From Auanema rhodensis (taxonomy: Eukaryota; Animalia; Nematoda), in assembly GCA_964057225.1 (NCBI GenBank), contig OZ059896.1:13144001-13208000 (forward strand): a stretch of 64,000 nt of DNA. The letters are read 5' to 3'. The notes beneath the pieces are model-generated. The model was not told the DNA's origin, did not search any database, and saw only the letters and a list, made by a program, of their open reading frames with translations. A program made the translations under genes and the position numbers. Positions 58,601-64,000 of this stretch are shown here, piece after piece; the first letter of the stretch is position 1; the number at the start of each line of letters is the position of its first letter.

Positions 58601-59586
58601 ACACCATGAAGAACATGACGATTAGAGCTTTGAACAGAAACCCTAACAAAAATCTGATTTCTATAATAGAGCAGAACCAACCTTATGTCTTTCCAAGAAA
58701 GAGTAATGGGATCTACAGTCTCAAGAGCAGATTCTGTAGTTGAAAAGGCAGCACCATATTCCGATTGGTTAACAGAAAGTAAACTCGTAGTTTCTTCCAT
58801 AGTTTTTAGAAATATTAAGAAGAGATACAGGCAAGGACACACAATACATATACACTAGATAAGAATACAGAGGTGATCAATAACACGCCTCTTTTGAACT
58901 TTAGTATCAAGATACAAAATAGTAGCTACCATATCCATTGTTTGTAAAAAGATAAAAAAACTAACCTAGAAGCATATATATCGAAGCACTTGATATGTAG
59001 AGATAATACTGTCATAACATCGGCAAAAACTGCACAAGTAAACGAAAACCCTAGACATAGTGAATATACGAAAATATTCCATAATAAAGGTATCTTCAGA
59101 AACTCGATAAATGCTGAAGAATAAGTTAATGGTGTATAGGAACTGTAATCTAACTTTGCCATAAATATATATGATAACGAAAAAAACCAGCTAGAGCTGT
59201 GTTAACGGGCTCGTTCAGCTTAAATCCCGCAGGATTTTCTGTTAAAATTGTAACGAGCTGCAAGAAAAATTACTTCAACCAGTAATTAAGATAATATTAT
59301 AAATATTAAGCAATCGAATCTACATCTAGCAACACCTTCGCTTACCTGGTCCATCATATCAATCAGTTCATTTAATATGCTCCAAAAATACTTATACGAT
59401 AAGTCCATGTCCAAACACAAAAATATAATACATCCAAATAAAATATCCAAAATAGTGCACACATCGCATGAAAAACTATATAGGATGCGATTTTGAAATC
59501 AGAATATTTGTGTACCTTCTTTTCCAATATTTTTTATAATGTTTCACCACCTCCAAATTGTTTGTGTACTCATTAATGCTAATCAT
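55692..59586 (-). CDS. pigq-1: GPI-GlcNAc transferase subunit PIG-Q/GPI1; one intron (56104-58965) contains the white gene
   Basis: [26 protein letters not shown] and [18 protein letters not shown] lie upstream of the intron. [31 protein letters not shown]|[24 protein letters not shown] lies downstream. The phase-2 junction AG|A is in frame. Confidence 0.85.
56226..58800 (-). CDS. White-family ABCG half-transporter (wht), nested in a PIG-Q intron
   Basis: Walker A MGASGAGKTT, signature [10 protein letters not shown], Walker [23 protein letters not shown], then a C-terminal TM domain; stop at 56226. Confidence 0.93.
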
Positions 59587-59705
59587 ACTTAATTATCAAT
59601 ATATAAGTTTTATCTATTGGATTTAACAGTATTACATAGTTCCGGACTAAACATGGACGAAACACAGTTAATGAATATTTTATTTCTAGCTCCTGCCTAA
59701 TCTAT

Positions 59706-61480
59706 TTAGAGCTTTCCTTGGGCGGCAAGTTTTGCCTTCAATGACTCGGGCATCTCTGGGGGAGGTGGACGAGGAATGTTGAGAGCAACCTTCACAGAAT
59801 CGTAAATAAACCATTGAAGAGCGGTGAGTGTTCCAATCATAATGATACGAGGACCAAGACCCTTCCATAATCCACCAAATCCTATCTTCTTGATGATACC
59901 TCCAACGGAAGCGTTAGCATCTTGGTTCAATTTGGAGACGAGAGTATCAGCTGGATGGGAAACAACAGCGCAGAAAACTCCTGTAGTATATGTGTATAAA
60001 AAATAAAATATGAAAGACAAACCAGCAATATATCCAGCAACAAAGGTAACAACCAACTGTTCACCCTTAGAGCAATCAGCGCGAGGCTTTGGTACAGCAT
60101 ATTGATAGAGAAGTTCGACAGTTCTCTCGAAGCAAGCGAATTTCATCATGGTGTATGGAATTTGTCTCATCCAGAGAGGAGGAAGACCCTAGATGGCAAA
60201 ATTAAATTAGTCTTTATCAGATTGCTTTACCTTGAAAAATCCGCCAAGTCCCTCTGCTTTGTAAATAAGTGGAGCACATCCACGGAGAGTTGGTGGAACT
60301 CCAACAGCAGTTTGAACACGAACTTTAGTGGCTTCCATAGGAGCCAAAAGAATATCAGCGAAAAACTCAGCAGATGCAGAAGCGGCCAAATATAATGCAG
60401 TACGGTAGAGGTATGCATTTTCCTCTCCAATAGCGTCTCCATACACATTCTTGAACACTTCATAGAATCCGAACTTTCCAAGCCCTTGAAGAGAATATCC
60501 AACTAAAGTTGGAGCCCATCCTTTAGCGAGAGCTCTAACTCCCTCTTCAGCAACAGTTGTTCTGAAACCAGAAACAATTCCACTGTACTTCTCAGGATTT
60601 ACCTAAAAAATAATTAAGAAAAATCAAACATAGAAATTCTAACTTGAATTCTACACTTGATCAAATCAAGTGGAACGATGGCTGTATGTGTAAGACCGCA
60701 TGATAAAACACCTCCGAAAGCGCACAAGGCATAATATTTACCGGATCCAAATTCAACAGCTCCTCCTGCAACATTATAGCAATTACATTTACATTTCACT
60801 ATCAAACCTATCACACTTGGTATTGTCGTGCTTAATACCGAAATACCAATTTGTAAAGCATTATATGAAAAATCGTACGAAAGCCACTCAATTAAACCAT
60901 CAACTAGCTTACAAAAACACCAAAAATATAAAACAATCCAGCTGAATATTATCACAATCCAACCCAAAGTCCCCCCCCTGTATTGTGGGCTATTAGCGAG
61001 AATCAAATACGGATAACTCTTTTCTTGAGTTTCAGAAGTCATGACAAATTAAATAATTATGGATAAAACTAAAGCATTCGTCCAAACAATCCACGCAAAC
61101 AGCCACGTTCCGCCAGATTGAAATCTCTCAAATCGATAGATGCGCCGCCCCTTCGAAAAGTAACATATTGTAAATATCAGAACAAATTATTAGAACTAAA
61201 CTGGTGTGGCAACCTTTCTGAACTCAATTGCAAATATGAAAACATAATTTATTTTCAATGGAACAAAAAAGCTTTTATAAAATAACAAAGCTAATAGGAT
61301 ACTCAAAGCTATATTCACCACTTTCACAAAAATTCATACGATTTTTCATATAATAGAAACAACTCTCTTACATTACTAATTCTTACCGTTTTGAGCTCCA
61401 CTAGCACATGAAGCAGATCTAACAGGAAGACAGAAAGGATTTGATTTAGCAGACTCTGTTAATTGGCTAAAGGCTCCCAT
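59706..61480 (-). CDS. Mitochondrial phosphate carrier (SLC25A3-like)
   Basis: MGAFSQLTESAKSNPFCLPVRS, CGLTHTAIVPLDLIKCRIQ, GWAPTLVGYS, LWMRQIPYTMMKFACFE, PRPPPPEMPESLKAK. First intron is 60766-61386. Confidence 0.96.
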
Positions 61481-61522
61481 TTTTACCTTAATATTTAAAC
61501 ACTATTAATATATATTACCTAA

Positions 61523-61586
61523 AAACTCAAAAGACTCAAAAGACTCAAAAGACTCAAAAGATTCAAAAGATTCAAAAGGTTCAAAA
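61523..61586 (+). repeat. 9-bp tandem repeat (AAAAGACTC/AAAAGATTC, ~7 units) upstream of the phosphate carrier ATG
   Basis: Visible directly in the sequence. Confidence 0.85.
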
Positions 61587-61862
61587 AACAATACATATAG
61601 AAGAGACACTTTTCTAGAGATTGGATAGCTTACTCTACTCTGGCAAAGGCGGTTTATTTTTTACCGTATTACTCATTCCAATCGAAGATAATCATGAGCA
61701 TCTAACTTTCTTGGACGTATGCCAATATCATCGAGGTATTAGAATTGAAGTCTCATGAAATGCATTGAAATATGTTGTAATATATAAATGTGTATTTGTA
61801 ATTAAAATGATAAAAGATTTTAAATATATATTTAGATCAGCTAAAGTAGGTTGAATATTAAA

Positions 61863-62345
61863 ATGGCTGATGAAGAGTTGAAAAAGGTTGAAAACTTGAT
61901 TAATTTTTTTAAATCATTTAGTTATAGGCATTTCAAGATCTTCAATTTAAGACTAGCGAATCTCGAGGACGAATTGCTCAGGGAGAACAAACCAAGAAAA
62001 GTTATGTTCAGGTTTCTTTCTAGTTTTGGATTAACCTGAAAACATATTTCAGCAAAAAAGAATAGCGGAAGTGACCTCTGGCGCTTTAACTGATATTTCT
62101 CCAGAGTTGTCTATATACAGAGGTGTTGGTAGAATGTTCCTTTTATCCAATAGAGATAAGGAAATGGAGCGATATCAGAAAGAAGCTAAAGATTTAAGGT
62201 TCAGCATCCTAACAAATATTCACCTTTTTTTCAATGCTTTAGTGAACGCATTGAAACTATTGATAAGCAAAAGGCCTACTTGGAGAAAAGCATGGTGGAA
62301 GCCGAAAATAACTTGAGAGAAATGGTTCAGTTTCGTCGTTCATAA
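61863..62345 (+). CDS. pfd-1: Prefoldin subunit 1
   Basis: MADEELKK|AFQDLQFKT..YRGVGRMFLL..KQKAYLEKSMVEAENNLREMVQFRRS*. Confidence 0.9.
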
Positions 62346-63317
62346 GTTTGTTATTTTTAAAGATGTAACCTGTTTTCACCATCATAAATTCTGTTTTATT
62401 TTGCTTTGGGTATTTTTTTACACGACTTTAGTATCTTCACGCTAATGCTTTCAGATGAACTTAGCCTCACTTTAATCCTATTTTCTGTGCTTACATTTTT
62501 TTAAAACATTTTTATGAGCTAATGATTTCAAGGCTTAAGTCAAATATCAGCTTTACGCTGTTTATTCGTTTATATGTCGAATGCTTCCCTAAAGGTAACA
62601 GTTGTACCAAAAGGCTAATAAACGTTTTGTTTTATATATATGTTTATAAGTTTATTTCAAGTATCCTAATATTTCCTTCAGACTTCCTTTGGAAGGTTAG
62701 CTTCTGTAACAAACATTTTTCAGATATTTCTTTTAATTATGATAGTTTCTTTATAATTTCAAATAATCGGTTTACTAGGGTTTGCAATTAGATTAAGTTT
62801 TATAGTCCACACACTTACAAGTGGTGGAACTGAACTGAACTGAACTAAGTCTTTCTGTATAATGTTTTGAGAAATAAACATTACCGTTGAAGAGTAATTA
62901 ATCTTGAATACTTATGGAAACTAAATGTATTGGTGTATTAACGGTATAATTGAGAGGTTCAACTAGTAATTGTTTTAGAAATATATGCATTTGATAATTT
63001 GTGTGAATGTTGTATATTTAGATGGTAAATACCAAAAGCAATAGTAATAAAAAAGTTGTTCTTATCAAATGTATTAGTTGTTTTCATTTGTTATTTTACA
63101 TTAAATACATAATGTATATAGGTATAAAGTTTTAGTAATTAGATTTATTTATTTTGTTGTAGGAAGATTGATTAGTGATGTTCTATGTAGATCAATACGA
63201 TATTTGGTTTGCGCGGGCCCTATGGTGCACAACGACATTTTTTCCATATTTATAAAGATTTATTATAAAAAATTTATTACATTAATATGAAATTACGCAT
63301 GATCTCAATTTTTTAAG

Positions 63318-64000
<683 letters not shown>

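Noticed and set aside
62400-63300. 89-aa ORF (62522) and (GAACT)4 at about 62827-62846
   Set aside because: AT-rich intergenic sequence with no homology cues; the microsatellite is trivial.

Overview
Eukaryotic, AT-rich, very compact genome of a rhabditid nematode (cuticle collagens, nhr-8, astacin-ShK; most introns only about 38-50 nt). The window has two sharply different halves. (1) Bases 1-15488 are non-coding: about 73 copies of a 176-bp satellite in three blocks of alternating orientation (forward, reverse, forward). A ~99%-identical 2.4-kb palindrome (1.1-kb arms, 185-bp spacer, Polinton/Maverick-like AG..CT termini) sits between the last two blocks. The satellite is joined to the gene-rich region by a patchwork of short pieces copied from the neighbouring nhr-8 gene. 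A small telomere-like GGC/GCC palindrome follows and may be a programmed-DNA-elimination break site. (2) Bases 16041-64000 hold about 22 tightly packed spliced genes: nhr-8, an astacin, a Ly6-like gene, cars-1, three collagens, cpsf-1, Hikeshi, hrp-1, a Thr/Arg-rich mucin-like orphan, a CDF transporter, phosphorylase kinase beta, enpl-1, imp-2, a claudin-like gene, PIG-Q, a white/ABCG transporter, the mitochondrial phosphate carrier, pfd-1 and a partial UAP1. The complete white/ABCG gene is nested on the same strand inside a 2862-nt intron of PIG-Q, and AAG splice acceptors are unusually frequent. Gene models were built by eye from GT-AG boundaries and recalled homologues; no database searches were run.
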